A DNA stretch of 45,680 nucleotides from Thraustochytrium aureum. Taxonomy: Eukaryota. The position numbers and the translations under genes were made by a program. The stretch is taken from NCBI GenBank assembly GCA_012862495.1, contig BLSG01000391.1:28388-74067 (forward strand). The letters are read 5' to 3'. Positions 20,342 through 32,100 of the stretch are shown here, one piece after another. Below the pieces are notes generated by a model, which saw only the letters and a list, made by a program, of their open reading frames with translations, was not told the DNA's origin and did no database searches. Within the stretch, counting starts at the first letter, position 1. Each line of letters begins with the position of its first letter.

Positions 20342-21535
20342 TCATGCGTGCATGGGGCACTTTGGCGCCGCGGCACCAGCCGCGTCCGCGGCCTCATTGG
20401 TGGACACCGTGCCGGTGCCAAAGACCTTGGTGATCACCTTGGTGGCGCCCTTGGCCTCGAGCGCCGCAGTGGCCTCCGCCATAAAGTGCGTGGGCCCGCA
20501 GATGTAGTAGAGCGCGTCAACGCCCGCAAGGTTCACCAGGCGCTCGGCCTCCTTGGCGAGGTTGGGGCGGCCGGCCTCGGCCGTGTTGACAAAGCGCAGG
20601 TCGGCGCCGCTCGCGAGCATGTCCTCCTTGAACGCGGTGGTGGCGTCGGTCCTGTTCACAAAGAGCCCAGCCTTGACCTTGTCCTTGCCAAACGCGCGGA
20701 GGATGCTGCGCGTCGGCGTGATGCCGATGCCAGCCGCGACGAGGGCGATGCTGGTCGCGTCCGGCGCGGGAACGTCTGCGCCGTACGGGGCTCCGAGCCG
20801 CACCTTGTCACCAACCTGGAGCTTGTCGTGGATGTAGTTGGAGTAGACGCCGCCCTCGACGCGGCGCACCGCGCATCGCAGCAGGCTCTCGGCGTTGGGC
20901 TCCTGGATCAGGCTGTAGTGGCGCGGGGCGTGGTCGGTCTCGGGAATGCGCACTGTTGTGTACTGGCCGGGGAGGTACTCGAAGGTGCCAGAGTACCCGT
21001 CGGCCGGGCGGAAGGCGAGCTCTGTGACGCCGTCGGCGACCGAGGTCTTGCTGTCCACCACAAACTCGCGCTCAAAGCGCCAGCCGCCCTGCTTTGCCTC
21101 CGCGGCCTTGTAGAGCTCCTCCTCGGCGCCGATGCAGACGCCGGCCAAGGCGAGGACGGCCTCGTCCCAGGCAGCCCCGATCTCGGGGGTCACGGCGTCG
21201 CCCAGGACCTCGCCGATGGCGAGCATCAGGTTCTTGTGCACAATCCCGTAGTGCTCGGGCTTGATGCTCAGGGCGCAGTGCCTGTGGGCGATCTTCTCGA
21301 CGAGCGGCCCGAGGGCACCCAGCTGGTCGATGTGAAGCGCGTACTGGACGACGGCGTCGGCCAGTGCGCGCGGCTGCTTGCCGTGCGACTGGTGCGCGGC
21401 GTTGAAGAACTCTTTCACTTCGGGGTTGTTTGTAAACATGGTCTTGTAGAACGTCGAGGTGATTTGCAGGGCATGCTCGGCGACCACGGGTGCGGTCGCC
21501 TGCACGATCTTGATGGTCGCAGGGGAGATCGACAT
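20342..21535 (-). CDS. hmp: Flavohemoglobin (nitric oxide dioxygenase)
   Basis: Globin domain (TFYKTMF..NPEV..FFN..HQ..GKQPRALA, IAHRH...IKPEHY.IV) with TyrB10, GlnE7 and HisF8. FAD domain has GGW, PGQY, RHYSL and GVYSNYIHD; NAD domain has AAGIGITP and YICGP..FM. Confidence 0.95.
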   Translation of the reverse strand: MSISPATIKIVQATAPVVAEHALQITSTFYKTMFTNNPEVKEFFNAAHQSHGKQPRALADAVVQYALHIDQLGALGPLVEKIAHRHCALSIKPEHYGIVHKNLMLAIGEVLGDAVTPEIGAAWDEAVLALAGVCIGAEEELYKAAEAKQGGWRFEREFVVDSKTSVADGVTELAFRPADGYSGTFEYLPGQYTTVRIPETDHAPRHYSLIQEPNAESLLRCAVRRVEGGVYSNYIHDKLQVGDKVRLGAPYGADVPAPDATSIALVAAGIGITPTRSILRAFGKDKVKAGLFVNRTDATTAFKEDMLASGADLRFVNTAEAGRPNLAKEAERLVNLAGVDALYYICGPTHFMAEATAALEAKGATKVITKVFGTGTVSTNEAADAAGAAAPKCPMHA

Positions 21536-22694
21536 GGTGTTGCTTGTTGCTGACTTGCTGCTTGCCTCTCGTCGCTGTGCTCGCGTTGTGCTTTGCTTGG
21601 GCGTTTCGCGCTTTGCTTGGGCGTTTCGGGTCTGCTTGGCTGCCGCGGCCGCCCCAGCGACCGGCGATCAGCGACCAGCAGTAGGTACCTACAGGCGCTG
21701 CTAGCTCTAGAGTCTCTAAGGTAGAGAGTTAGAATGAGAGAGCCAATCCCCAACTGCCACCAGCAAGGGGGGAGAAAATGCTCGCGCAGCAAGGCCGCCC
21801 AACCCATTGCTCGTGGTTGGAGGCACGGAACCGCCCAAAGCTGTTTCTCGTTCCCCGCGCGGGCAGTTCGAGTTCGACCTACCATGTATAAAGTAGCACA
21901 GAACGTCGACCTCTCACGCGGCGGCCGCCAAATCGAGCGCCGCCGATTCGCGCGCCGTTGCCTTCAATTCAACGGGGGGATTCGCCCAGCAACCAACAAA
22001 CGACGAAGCACGGCTGAGCCGGCCGGCGCGGCATCGGTCCAGGTGCGGTGCAGGTTGTCTGTCCTTGTTTCTCCAGCCGTCATTGTGCAGCACTCAGGCA
22101 TGGGAGGCTCGCCGTCAACTGCCCTCCCTCCGAGCACCGACAGTAGGCCCCTTGATGATATCGTGGGGAAAGGGCTGCGGTAGGGAGCATTGCAGGCGTA
22201 TCACGCCAGGAGTTGAGCGCATGCCGCACGATTGAGCATCTGCGCGAGCCTGCCAGCGCGCTGATCGGCGACAATCCACCGGACGCCTGCACCGAGCCCA
22301 GACTCGCGCGACCACTTCACGTACAGTGCCACAGTGAGAATCGCCTGCTGGCGTTTTGCTGCGGCGGCGCGTTGAGAGGCGGACGGCCGCTGCTCCTCAC
22401 GAGAAGCCGAAACTGATGGGCCAATTCCAAACGCCAGCAACGCGAAACTACTACACGTCAATGCAGTCCGCCTCACACGAAGCGGGCGAGTTGGCCTTCC
22501 GAGCCCCACAGCAGCGCAAAGCGCTAAAACCGCAACAATCTCGCAATCATTTACTGGAAGCCCTACAAAACTACCCAACACGGACAATAAAGATAATTAT
22601 ACGATTTACGCAGGGAAGGGCGTGGCGTGCCCTATGCGCGTGACTCGACCTGGCGAGCCTCCCGAGCATGTTCCGCGCAGGCGCACTCACTGGC

Positions 22695-22766
22695 AAAGAC
22701 AGCCAGAAAGACAGACAGATAGCCTGCAGACGCAGACAGCAAAGACAGCAAGCAGACAGAGACAGA
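22695..22766. repeat. Degenerate (CAGA)n low-complexity tract
   Basis: aaagacagccagaaagacagacagatag...cagacgcagacagcaaagacagcaagcagacagagacagac. Confidence 0.6.
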
Positions 22767-23557
22767 CGTTGAACTCGGACCCGGAGAAACCACCTGCAGC
22801 CAGCCGTCAGCTACCACTCACCACACCCCGACTCGCCGCCATCGCACCTGCACGGCATCGCGCAGCGCGCCCGCGCGGTTGCGATTGACGCGCCCGCGAA
22901 CGTTCCAAGCAGCGCTGCCCCTCTATCACAACCGCTCTACCTAAAACGCCCGCGCTGTCCCGCTATTACCAACAAATAAAATCGTTCCGCTTCAGCCCTA
23001 ACCTTATCACCCAAACCTAACCTAGCCCTCTTTAAAACCCTCCTCTCGCGGCTGCCACCACTCATGAGGGTTCTCGTACCACCACCACCAGGGCAGTCCG
23101 CCCTTCAATCGGCACGGCACCGGTGCCGGCAGCTCGCACAAAAGGCAGCGCGCCCCGCTATTTAACCCCACGCACGCCAGCGTCTGCACTGCTTGTCGTC
23201 AAGTGGGCCCGCCCCGCTATTAAAGTAGCCACCTTATCTNNNNNNNNNNNNNNNNNNNNNNNNNNNNNNNNNNNNNNNNNNNNNNNNNNNNNNNNNNNNN
23301 NNNNNNNNNNNNNNNNNNNNNNNNNNNNNNNNNNNNNNNNNNNNNNNNNNNNNNNNNNNNNNNNNNNNNNNNNNNNNNNNNNNNNNNNNNNNNNNNNNNN
23401 NNNNNNNNNNNNNNNNNNNNNNNNNNNNNNNNNNNNNNNNNNNNNNNNNNNNNNNNNNNNNNNNNNNNNNNNNNNNNNNNNNNNNNNCGAGGCGCGGGCT
23501 GGCGCTGGCGAACGGCGCGAGGAGCGACGCGGGAGGGAGGGGACGCTTGCGAGGGCG

Positions 23558-24847
23558 ATGGCATGCCCCAGCACGTGCACGGACCCCGAGCTGTGGGGCG
23601 CAGCCGGGTCCTGCAACTTGAGCGGCGTCTGCGTGTGCCCGCAAGGGTACTCGGGCCGGGATGACTGGCGCCTCTACAACGATTGCAGGGTGAACGAGAA
23701 CCTCCAGCTCGGCGTGTGGCTCGCAACCGCCTTGCTATCACTCCTGACGCTGGTTCTTGCCATTGTCCTTGTCGTGATGAACGGGTTCGAGCTGAAAATG
23801 GAGCGGCCAAGCGACGACGAAGCCGACGAGGCAGACGCGTTGAGCAAAGTAGACGATGCAAAGACGCTCGCACGAGCCATCTCGGCTGTCTCGCACATGT
23901 CCGAGGACGCCATGCGATCCGAGATCTCATCACACGTCCAGGTCTCGATCGGCAAAGGCGCCGTCTCTGATGCCGACGCTGACTCTGACTCGGACGAGGA
24001 CACCGCGTCGCAGCCAAGCGCCATGTCGAGCGGGAGCCTTCAGGGCAGGCCCGGGATCGATCGCCGCGAAGTTCGGGAACGCAAAGCCGAAAGGCGCACA
24101 AAGAGGCGCACTTCGCTCGTATACGTGTCCATGTCGCTTCTCATAGCCTTTCCGTGCGGCGCAATGCTGTACTACGCGCCCTTCTTCCTCGGCAAGTACC
24201 GCTTCGAGAACCACTTGTACCAGGACCTCGGACTGGGCATGATGGCTTCGTCGATTGTGGTCGGCCTCTGGATGCTCTACTGGGCATGGTACGTCTCCCT
24301 GCCGAGCCTGCAGCTCTACACGCGGCTCATCAATGTCGACCGCCACTGCCTCGTGACGCGCCCTCGCCTCGTGCAGACCGGCATCATTGTCCGACTCATC
24401 GCGATCCTCTTTGGCAACGCCTTTTTGTGCTTTGGGTACTTTCAGTGGATTGACGACTCGCCCGAGGCGCGCCATGCGCTCGACTCGGCTTTCGTTGTCT
24501 TTATCGTGGTCCTGGTCCTCGACTTTATGGTCAACGCGCTTCTCCTTGCAAGAGTTGGCCACGAAATCTTCATCAAGGTCGACCAGCTCGCGGCAAGGGC
24601 AGTCGAGCTCGGGGTCTGCTCGCCGGACGACAAGCGGGCGAGCGAGCGCGCCCTCATGACGATCAAGATGGTTGCGATCGCGGTTGCCGCTATCGCCCCG
24701 CTCGTCGCTGCTGCTTTCCTGATGACGGGCTTCGTGGAGGGGCTCAGGGGCTGCACCTACCTCTCGGTCAACTTTTGCATCGCGCTCGGAAACGTGGCCG
24801 CCTTAACTGCTCTTTACATCGCCTCGTCGCGATTCCGCCCGCACTGA
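23558..24847 (+). CDS. Seven-transmembrane protein with N-terminal Cys-rich EGF-like module
   Basis: MACPSTCTDPELWGAAGSCNLSGVCVCPQGYSG...DC carries the EGF-like C.C..GY.G..C core. Seven hydrophobic segments follow, with a long acidic/Ser loop after TM1. The start could lie further upstream in the gap 23240-23487. Confidence 0.75.
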   Translation: MACPSTCTDPELWGAAGSCNLSGVCVCPQGYSGRDDWRLYNDCRVNENLQLGVWLATALLSLLTLVLAIVLVVMNGFELKMERPSDDEADEADALSKVDDAKTLARAISAVSHMSEDAMRSEISSHVQVSIGKGAVSDADADSDSDEDTASQPSAMSSGSLQGRPGIDRREVRERKAERRTKRRTSLVYVSMSLLIAFPCGAMLYYAPFFLGKYRFENHLYQDLGLGMMASSIVVGLWMLYWAWYVSLPSLQLYTRLINVDRHCLVTRPRLVQTGIIVRLIAILFGNAFLCFGYFQWIDDSPEARHALDSAFVVFIVVLVLDFMVNALLLARVGHEIFIKVDQLAARAVELGVCSPDDKRASERALMTIKMVAIAVAAIAPLVAAAFLMTGFVEGLRGCTYLSVNFCIALGNVAALTALYIASSRFRPH

Positions 24848-24867
24848 AGGGGGCAGCTCAAGCTAGC

Positions 24868-24896
24868 CTTCTCTCTCTCTCTCTCTCTCTCTCTCT
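24868..24896. repeat. (CT)n microsatellite between convergent genes
   Basis: A ctctct... run read directly, flanked by ctag motifs. Confidence 0.9.
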
Positions 24897-25065
24897 TAGC
24901 TAGCTAGCTCTAGTCACGGTGAGAGGCAAGCCAAAGCCCTGCTCCTGCGCACCGCCGGCCGTCGAGGAATGCAATTGCCAACATATTTTCAATACTGTTG
25001 CCCGTGTCGGACGCCCGCCTTGCCCACAGACACTGCTCGTGCCGCCGTTCTCTCGCCAGCGCTGC

Positions 25066-26318
25066 CTACGCGCCAGCCGGCATCGGGAGCATGTCGCCCA
25101 CCGCAAACTGCGCCCAGAGCGCCGCGCGCCGCACCAGCAGCGGCTGGTTCCACCAAATGAACTTGAGCAGCGAGCTGCAGGCCGACGCGGCGCAGCCCTG
25201 CAACGGGCCGCTGCCACGAAGGGGGGCCGGGAGCAGCCCGACAGAGAGGGACTTGCCAAACCACGTAAAGGGAAGAATCGGCACCAGGTACCACTTGAGC
25301 GGGATCGCAAGAAGACCGCGCAGCAGCTCGTCGCACGGCTGGGCGAGCGGGGCCAGCGATTCGACGCGAGCAGTGTAGTACGCCCAAAACGCCTCGCGCG
25401 AGGGCGGAAGGCTGGCCGACGATATGCCAAAATTGCGCGCCCATTGCAGCCAGTCCGCGTACAGGGCCTCCAGGAAGGCCTCCACGTGCACGGGGTCGGC
25501 GCCGTGCGTTTCGGGCGTCAGCTCGAGGTAGTCGGTCTCCACTCGTGCAACCAGGCAAGCCCACACCCAGGTCTGCGCCGCGTGCGACTGAGCGTCGTAG
25601 CCGGCGCCCTTGATCGTGTCGTGCTTTGCCGAAATGTACCGACGCGCGCGCGCCTGCATCGACTCGTCGTCCAGCGTCAGCGCATAGACCAGTTTGAGCG
25701 TCTCAAGCAGCCGCGAGATCGGCTTGCTCATGTACGTCGAGTGTGCGATGACCGCCTTCGCGATGCGCGGGTCGCTCGACATGATCAGCAAACTCGACGG
25801 CCCGGTCAGCGCCGCTGGGACCGTCCGGATCGCACGCCGAAGCACCCGGAGGTCGAGCGGGCCGGTCGACGGCTCTCGCGCCGGCAAGNNNNNNNNNNNN
25901 NNNNNNNNNNNNNNNNNNNNNNNNNNNNNNNNNNNNNNNNNNNNNNNNNNNNNNNNNNNNNNNNNNNNNNNNNNNNNNNNNNNNNNNNNNNNNNNNNNNN
26001 NNNNNNNNNNNNNNNNNNNNNNNNNNNNNNNNNNNNNNNNNNNNNNNNNNNNNCTCGGAGGCGCCTTTGACCTATCCCTGCACCTCACTTCGAGCGCGCG
26101 CCAGCCGCGCAGCACGGGCCACATCAGCACGGAAGAAGCCACCGCGAGCACGAAAGCCACCGATAGCATCGGGAAAGAACGCATGCGGCGATCGCCAGCA
26201 CGGCGAGCTCGGAGCAAACCTGCGTGGCGGACCAGCGACCTTGCCGCTCGGGCACCAAGCCCGAACTCGCCGCATCCTTGAGCGGGTCCTCGCGAGGAGC
26301 GAAAGGCATCGCGGCCAT
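25066..26318 (-). CDS. DUF2236 / mpaB-Lcp-like heme oxygenase domain protein with N-terminal membrane anchor
   Basis: GPSSLLIMSSDPRIAKAVIAHS.Y..KP.SRL.ET, AKHDTIKG.GYDA and QTWVWACL resemble DUF2236. The N-terminus is hydrophobic. Start is either ATG 26184 (in frame) or ATG 26318, which needs one extra T at the run 26174-26176. One N-gap. Confidence 0.75.
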
Positions 26319-29149
26319 CGGGTCCACTGCGGCTCTTTCTCCCTGGCCTTGCCCCGTTGCCACTATCGCCGCCGCCGCCGTCGCGCGTCTGGGCTCACGA
26401 TGCCTGACGCGCCCACGTTGGCGATGGGAGCGCGACATCCCGCCGTGTTTGCGCACCCGCGCGACGCGCCAGCGAGTCACGGGCTACTCGACTCGGCAAG
26501 GGCCTGGCTGCCTTGCGCCGCTGCGCCGGGGGTCGCGGGTGCGTGAGCTCGGCGACATGCCGAGGAGAAAGTGGGCTGGCGTGTCGTTGTGGCATTAGTC
26601 GCGCGTTCGTGTATGCGCCAGCGCTCGCCTCAACTCGCCGCGAGCAAGCTGCCGAGCTGCCGCTTGAGCCCTCGCGCTGCATCGGCTGGCGGTCCGAGGC
26701 GCGCGCGCTCCCGTTGACTTGGAAGGCTTTGCAATTAAAAATGTGCAGTGCAGCGCTCGCGTGTGGAAAACCGACCTCTGCGGCGCGCCAGTCGTGATGG
26801 GTCCGAGCAGCGTGACGCTCTGGCCCTCATCAAGCTTGTGGCCATCGTGGTGGCCATCGTGGTGGCCGACCCGCCGCAGTCCAGGAGCCTGTTGGGCGTG
26901 TTACCTCGGCTGCGGCCTTCGGGTCCGAGATGCGCTGCGATCAAAAGCCCTCGTTCTGCAGCTCGAGTGACGACAGCGCGATGAATTGCATGCGTGCCAC
27001 AGCAACGGCGCCTGCTCTTATTTGAACAATCAATCAAAAACAAAATGAAACACATCGAAACAGATTGGTTTGCTGTCATATTTTCAGTTCAGGTCCTGCG
27101 CGCTGCCGCGAACTTGAGCTTCGCATCAAGGATTACCGCCACGCGAGGATCGTCCCGGCCTTGCGCGCGTTTCGCCCGCTGGATCCCTTCAGCCTTTTGC
27201 AGTTGTCGCATTCGTTCGAGAGTCAGCTACAGCACTTCCAGCGCGCGAGAAGGAACCGCCGCACCGCGCCAAAACCGCGCCGCAAACAAAACTCCGTCCC
27301 CGCCGTACCGCACCTGGTTGGCGCCAGGTTTGGCAGGGTTGAGGGGGGTGTGGGTGAGAGGGGTCAGATCGCTTGATGGAGCATGCGTAACAAGGAAGTA
27401 CGCTCCGCTTTCGGAAACGGGGATTGCCGATCAGTACAAATCATCATATATTAAGAACCAGAAGGTCCTCACCACGTTTGTGTGGCACACGGCCTCGAGC
27501 ACAGGGCGCGGCGATCGGCTTTCGCCGCGCGCCCCGGGCAAGCGGCCCGACGAGAAACGGGCCAATAAATCGACTCGCTCCCCGCCAAGCCGAGGCGATG
27601 CAATATTCTCGCAAACCTGATAACTCGCGCAGAGTGGTCGTGCCCGAAGGCCGTCTGCTTGAGAGATAGAGGCTGCTTCCGTCCAGCCAGCCAACCACGC
27701 CATCCTGCCGCCCACCTTCCCGACCTATCCGCCACTTCCGCCGACGCATCCACGCGCCTGGATACGCCGCGGCCGCGGCGCACATGCTCTGCATGGCCAC
27801 GTACCTGAAGGTCACCGGCAGCACCGTGCTCGGGCCGCGTGGCAGGTGCTCACGCTCGCCATGGACCCCGACAGCGCCGCGCGCGCACGCGGAAGCTGTT
27901 CGGGGTCTGCTGCGACGCAAGATGAATGATCGATGGGTGATCGATGCTCCGAGTGGGTGGACACGGGATGGATTGGATTGGATGGGTGGTTGGATCACCT
28001 TGGATGGCCAGGACCGCTCCCTCTGCCAACCACACAATCACGAGAAACCCTACCGCCAAACAACGCGGCACAACGATACCGGCGACCGCTCAAAGCGGCG
28101 TCGAATGCCGATAAAACAGACCCGTTGACGCATTTTCTCGAGGACAATGCGCCAGCATCGACAAGGCATCGGGGCGCCCGCAGCTCGCAGACTTCCTGGG
28201 CACTGTCCGCCTCGTCCTGGCGAGCTTGAAGACCCGCGTTGACGAGCTCNNNNNNNNNNNNNNNNNNNNNNNNNNNNNNNNNNNNNNNNNNNNNNNNNNN
28301 NNNNNNNNNNNNNNNNNNNNNNNNNNNNNNNNNNNNNNNNNNNNNNNNNNNNNNNNNNNNNNNNNNNNNNNNNNNNNNNNNNNNNNNNNNNNNNNNNNNN
28401 NNNNNNNNNNNNNNNNNNNNNNNNNNNNNNNNNNNNNNNNNNNNNNNNNNNNNNNNNNNNNNNNNNNNNNNNNNNNNNNNNNNNNNNNNNNNNNNNNNNN
28501 NNNNNNNNNNNNNNNNNNNNNNNNNNNNNNNNNNNNNNNNNNNNNNNNNNNNNNNNNNNNNNNNNNNNNNNNNNNNNNNNNNNNNNNNNNNNNNNNNNNN
28601 NNNNNNNNNNNNNNNNNNNNNNNNNNNNNNNNNNNNNNNNNNNNNNNNNNNNNNNNNNNNNNNNNNNNNNNNNNNNNNNNNNNNNNNNNNNNNNNNNNNN
28701 NNNNNNNNNNNNNNNNNNNNNNNNNNNNNNNNNNNNNNNNNNNNNNNNNNNNNNNNNNNNNNNNNNNNNNNNNNNNNNNNNNNNNNNNNNNNNNNNNNNN
28801 NNNNNNNNNNNNNNNNNNNNNNNNNNNNNNNNNNNNNNNNNNNNNNNNNNNNNNNNNNNNNNNNNNNNNNNNNNNNNNNNNNNNNNNNNNNNNNNNNNNN
28901 NNNNNNNNNNNNNNNNNNNNNNNNNNNNNNNNNNNNNNNNNNNNNNNNNNNNNNNNNNNNNNNNNNNNNNNNNNNNNNNNNNNNNNNNNNNNNNNNNNNN
29001 NNNNNNNNNNNNNNNNNNNNNNNNNNNNNNNNNNNNNNNNNNNNNNNNNNNNNNNNNNNNNNNNNNNNNNNNNNNNNNNNTCGCCGACCGGGCTCGCGGG
29101 GCTCCTGGCGGGACGGAGCTGCCGGCTTTGTTAGCGCCCAAGCCGCGCA

Positions 29150-32100
29150 ATGGCGACCATGGAGCGGCCGAGCGACGAGAGGTGCGAGGACGACGAGGAC
29201 GCGGCTCAACGATATGCAGAGGCCCGCACCGGGTTTGCGAGGCTTCAGCCGGTGCCTCTCGAGCTCATGTACCCTGACGCAACCGAAACGTTCACCGACC
29301 CGCAGGCCCTTCTTGATGCTCTTCCAGAGCTGCAGGCAACCAAGCCAAGGATGCAGCAGGGCGCACGGGCGCTGGACAAGGACCAAGCCAACCTTCCAGA
29401 GGCTCAACTTCTACAAGTGCCACAGCCGCTGGACGACTCGCTTCTTCAGCCAAGCGACGCCGGACTTGTCCCACCGCCACTGCCGCCTCGCTCACCGCTC
29501 GAGGAGGAAGAGGCGAGCGGCTTGCGCGCGACCAACGAGGAGTGCGCCGCGACCGCGCCCCCTCCCACGAGTGCAAACCTCTCTACAGAGCAAGCCATCG
29601 AAATCCTCTTTCGCGCAAAGACTGCAGCGGCCGGACCTTCCCACTACCCAGACCTAGCGGCATCGGAGACCGAACGCGCCGCCTCGCAGCTCGAGCCCGC
29701 GATGCCGAAAGCGCTCGCGCTGGGCGCTCTAACCGCCGCTTCAAGTTGTGCAACCGTGACATCTGCTGCGGCCCAAGCGGACAGCATGGAGGAGGCGCGC
29801 CAACCAAACCCTTACCTGGCCGCTCGCCTCAGGACCGACGCCAAAACGCTGAGAGACGTGCTAGACGTCATTCAGGAGAGGCCTTACGTCAACACAAGCC
29901 TGCAACACCTCGCGAAAACCGAGCTGTCGAGCGAGCGCCTCCTCAACCATGACGAGCCCGAGTTTGTCCGGCTCCTCAAGCGGTACCGCGAAGCTGAGGC
30001 CGCCTTCGCGGAAAGCTCCGAGCAGCTCGTCCGAAAGGGCGCCGATTGCCGCGATCTCCAGGGAACAGTCTGGGTGAAGAAGACGGACGTCGCTACACAG
30101 TCGCAGACACTCCGATCTGGCGTCGGCGTCGTCAAGGCCGAGGTCACCTATTCTCACGCGCAATTCTCACGGCGCAAAGCGCAGCTATTCGAGCAAGAGC
30201 TCGCTGAGCTTGAGGACCTTCGCGCCAACTCGCAGACCCACTTTGGCTTCGAGCGCGCGATGGCCCATTTCGCGGTTGACCTCCACATCACCACACACTT
30301 GAGCCGTTCACGCCTGTTCTGCCCGCGCTTGACTGCGCAGGGGGCGGGCGCAGATGCAGCAACAGACGAAGCCGCGAGCCAGCAGGCGCGGCTGTTCTTC
30401 ACAACCTTGATGGCCTTTGAGCGGGCCTGCTTTGACGAGATCAAGCTCGGCTCCACAGCGACGTGGCGCACGACGTTTCTCGGCAGTCTTACTGCCTGGT
30501 TAGAGCACATCGGTGCCGCCCTCCTGCAGACTGGCCGAATCGAAGACAGGGCGTTTCTGTTGGACCACCTTGCACGGATGCGTGGCATTGCGAGCCCTCA
30601 GCGGGGCTGGGCTCTGCCCCTTTTGCAGATCGGGCCGCAAAACGCCTCTACTTTCTCCGCGCGGGCGGGCCCATGGGACGGACGAGCGCTCGAGGACTTT
30701 GTGGCGCTCCTCCACCTCCTGCTCACCCTTCCAAAGCCGCTGCTCCCTGGCCCACATGGGGAGAAGGTGTCCACGGGTGGCGTTCAAACGGGGAACGCCC
30801 TTGAAGAGGCAGACTTTGTAGCCCTTCTCGAGCAGACGCCGCACGCCAAGGCCTTCGAGCAGCTCTTTGCGCTTCCGCCCACAGCTGATGTGGGGCAGGT
30901 TCGTGGCGCGTTCGATCGCGCAAGGTTTCTGGTTGAGGAATTTGCGGCCTCAAGCAAGCGGCTGCGCTGGTTTCCGCAACTGGCCAGATTTCTGGCGCAA
31001 GCCACCTGCGACGTCCTCGTCAACGCCGCGCGCCTCGTAGCAAGCCTTGCTCCAGCCGCGGCCGAGGCGCGGCCGCCACCCTGGGGCCGTGGCGCAAGTC
31101 GCGTTCGACTCGCTATTTCTGTCAGCGGCGCAAGCGCTGCTGTCCAGCACCGACCAAAACCTGCGGCTTGTGCTGCGCGAGCTTCCGTTCGACCGCCTCT
31201 CTGGGGAGGCTGCGTGGCGGCTCTTCCTCGCTATCTACCTGGACTATCATGGCCCTGACCTCGCCGCCCAAGAGGGCATCTACTTTTCCGAGCGAGGGCC
31301 GGGCCGGGCCTGTTTAAAGGCTTCAGGTCGCCGTCTACAGACAGCCGAGGACCACGACCGCGGCTTGCTCTGGACGAGGACAACCGCCGCCGTCGACGTC
31401 GATGTCGACGGGCACTCACAGAATGAAGCGCAAGCGCTATTCACGCAAAACGAGAGCATTTGCGACCTGGACTCGTGGACAACAGCGGTTCAGGGCGACG
31501 GGCGCCTCCGCGCGCGGTTCCTGGCGACCCTCGCCGCGAGGGCGGGGGCTGACGTCGTGAGCGGCGCGTCGGCAAGCAGCGCGGCGCTCTTCCGAGCAGT
31601 CGGCCTTTCAGCCCTTGCAGCGAGCTGTGGCCCTGAGCTAGCGACTGCAGTGGTGCGCGAGATTGTGGGCGCCGCGTTTGTGGCTCCGGGCGGCGCCTTC
31701 CTCCGCGACAACGACCTCGTTGTGCCTCTCAGCAATTTGCTTGGAGACGTTTGCAAAGAGCACCCCGCGCTGGTGAGCACCATCTTGCGCATGTGCGCCC
31801 TGCATGCAGATCAGGTCGGGGAGCGCGTCTCGGTGCTCTTTCGAGCCCTTCCCGTGCACTTGTGGATCCCTGACATCGCCAAAGACTTTGGAATTCTGAG
31901 GGAGTGGTTGCTCGCTCCCTCCGCGCAACATCTCCCGAGCCCGGAGCTTGTTTCGTCGGCCACAGCGCGCAGCGCGGTTGCGAGGGGCATCGTCGACCGC
32001 TTGGACTGGGGCACGCGGCATCGCGCTGACGGCGTTGCACCCGAGGTCTCGTCGCATCCCTCGCCGGACCAGCTCTTCCTCGGGCCGCAGCTCCACCGCA

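Noticed and set aside
27995..29407. ORFs spanning the 28250-29080 gap
   Set aside because: Their length comes from N runs; a small gene could be hidden in the gap but cannot be supported.
31037..31055. 19-nt GT..AG micro-intron that would repair the first EPG5 frameshift
   Set aside because: No other micro-introns are evident in the window, the donor context is poor, and a single-base error is simpler.
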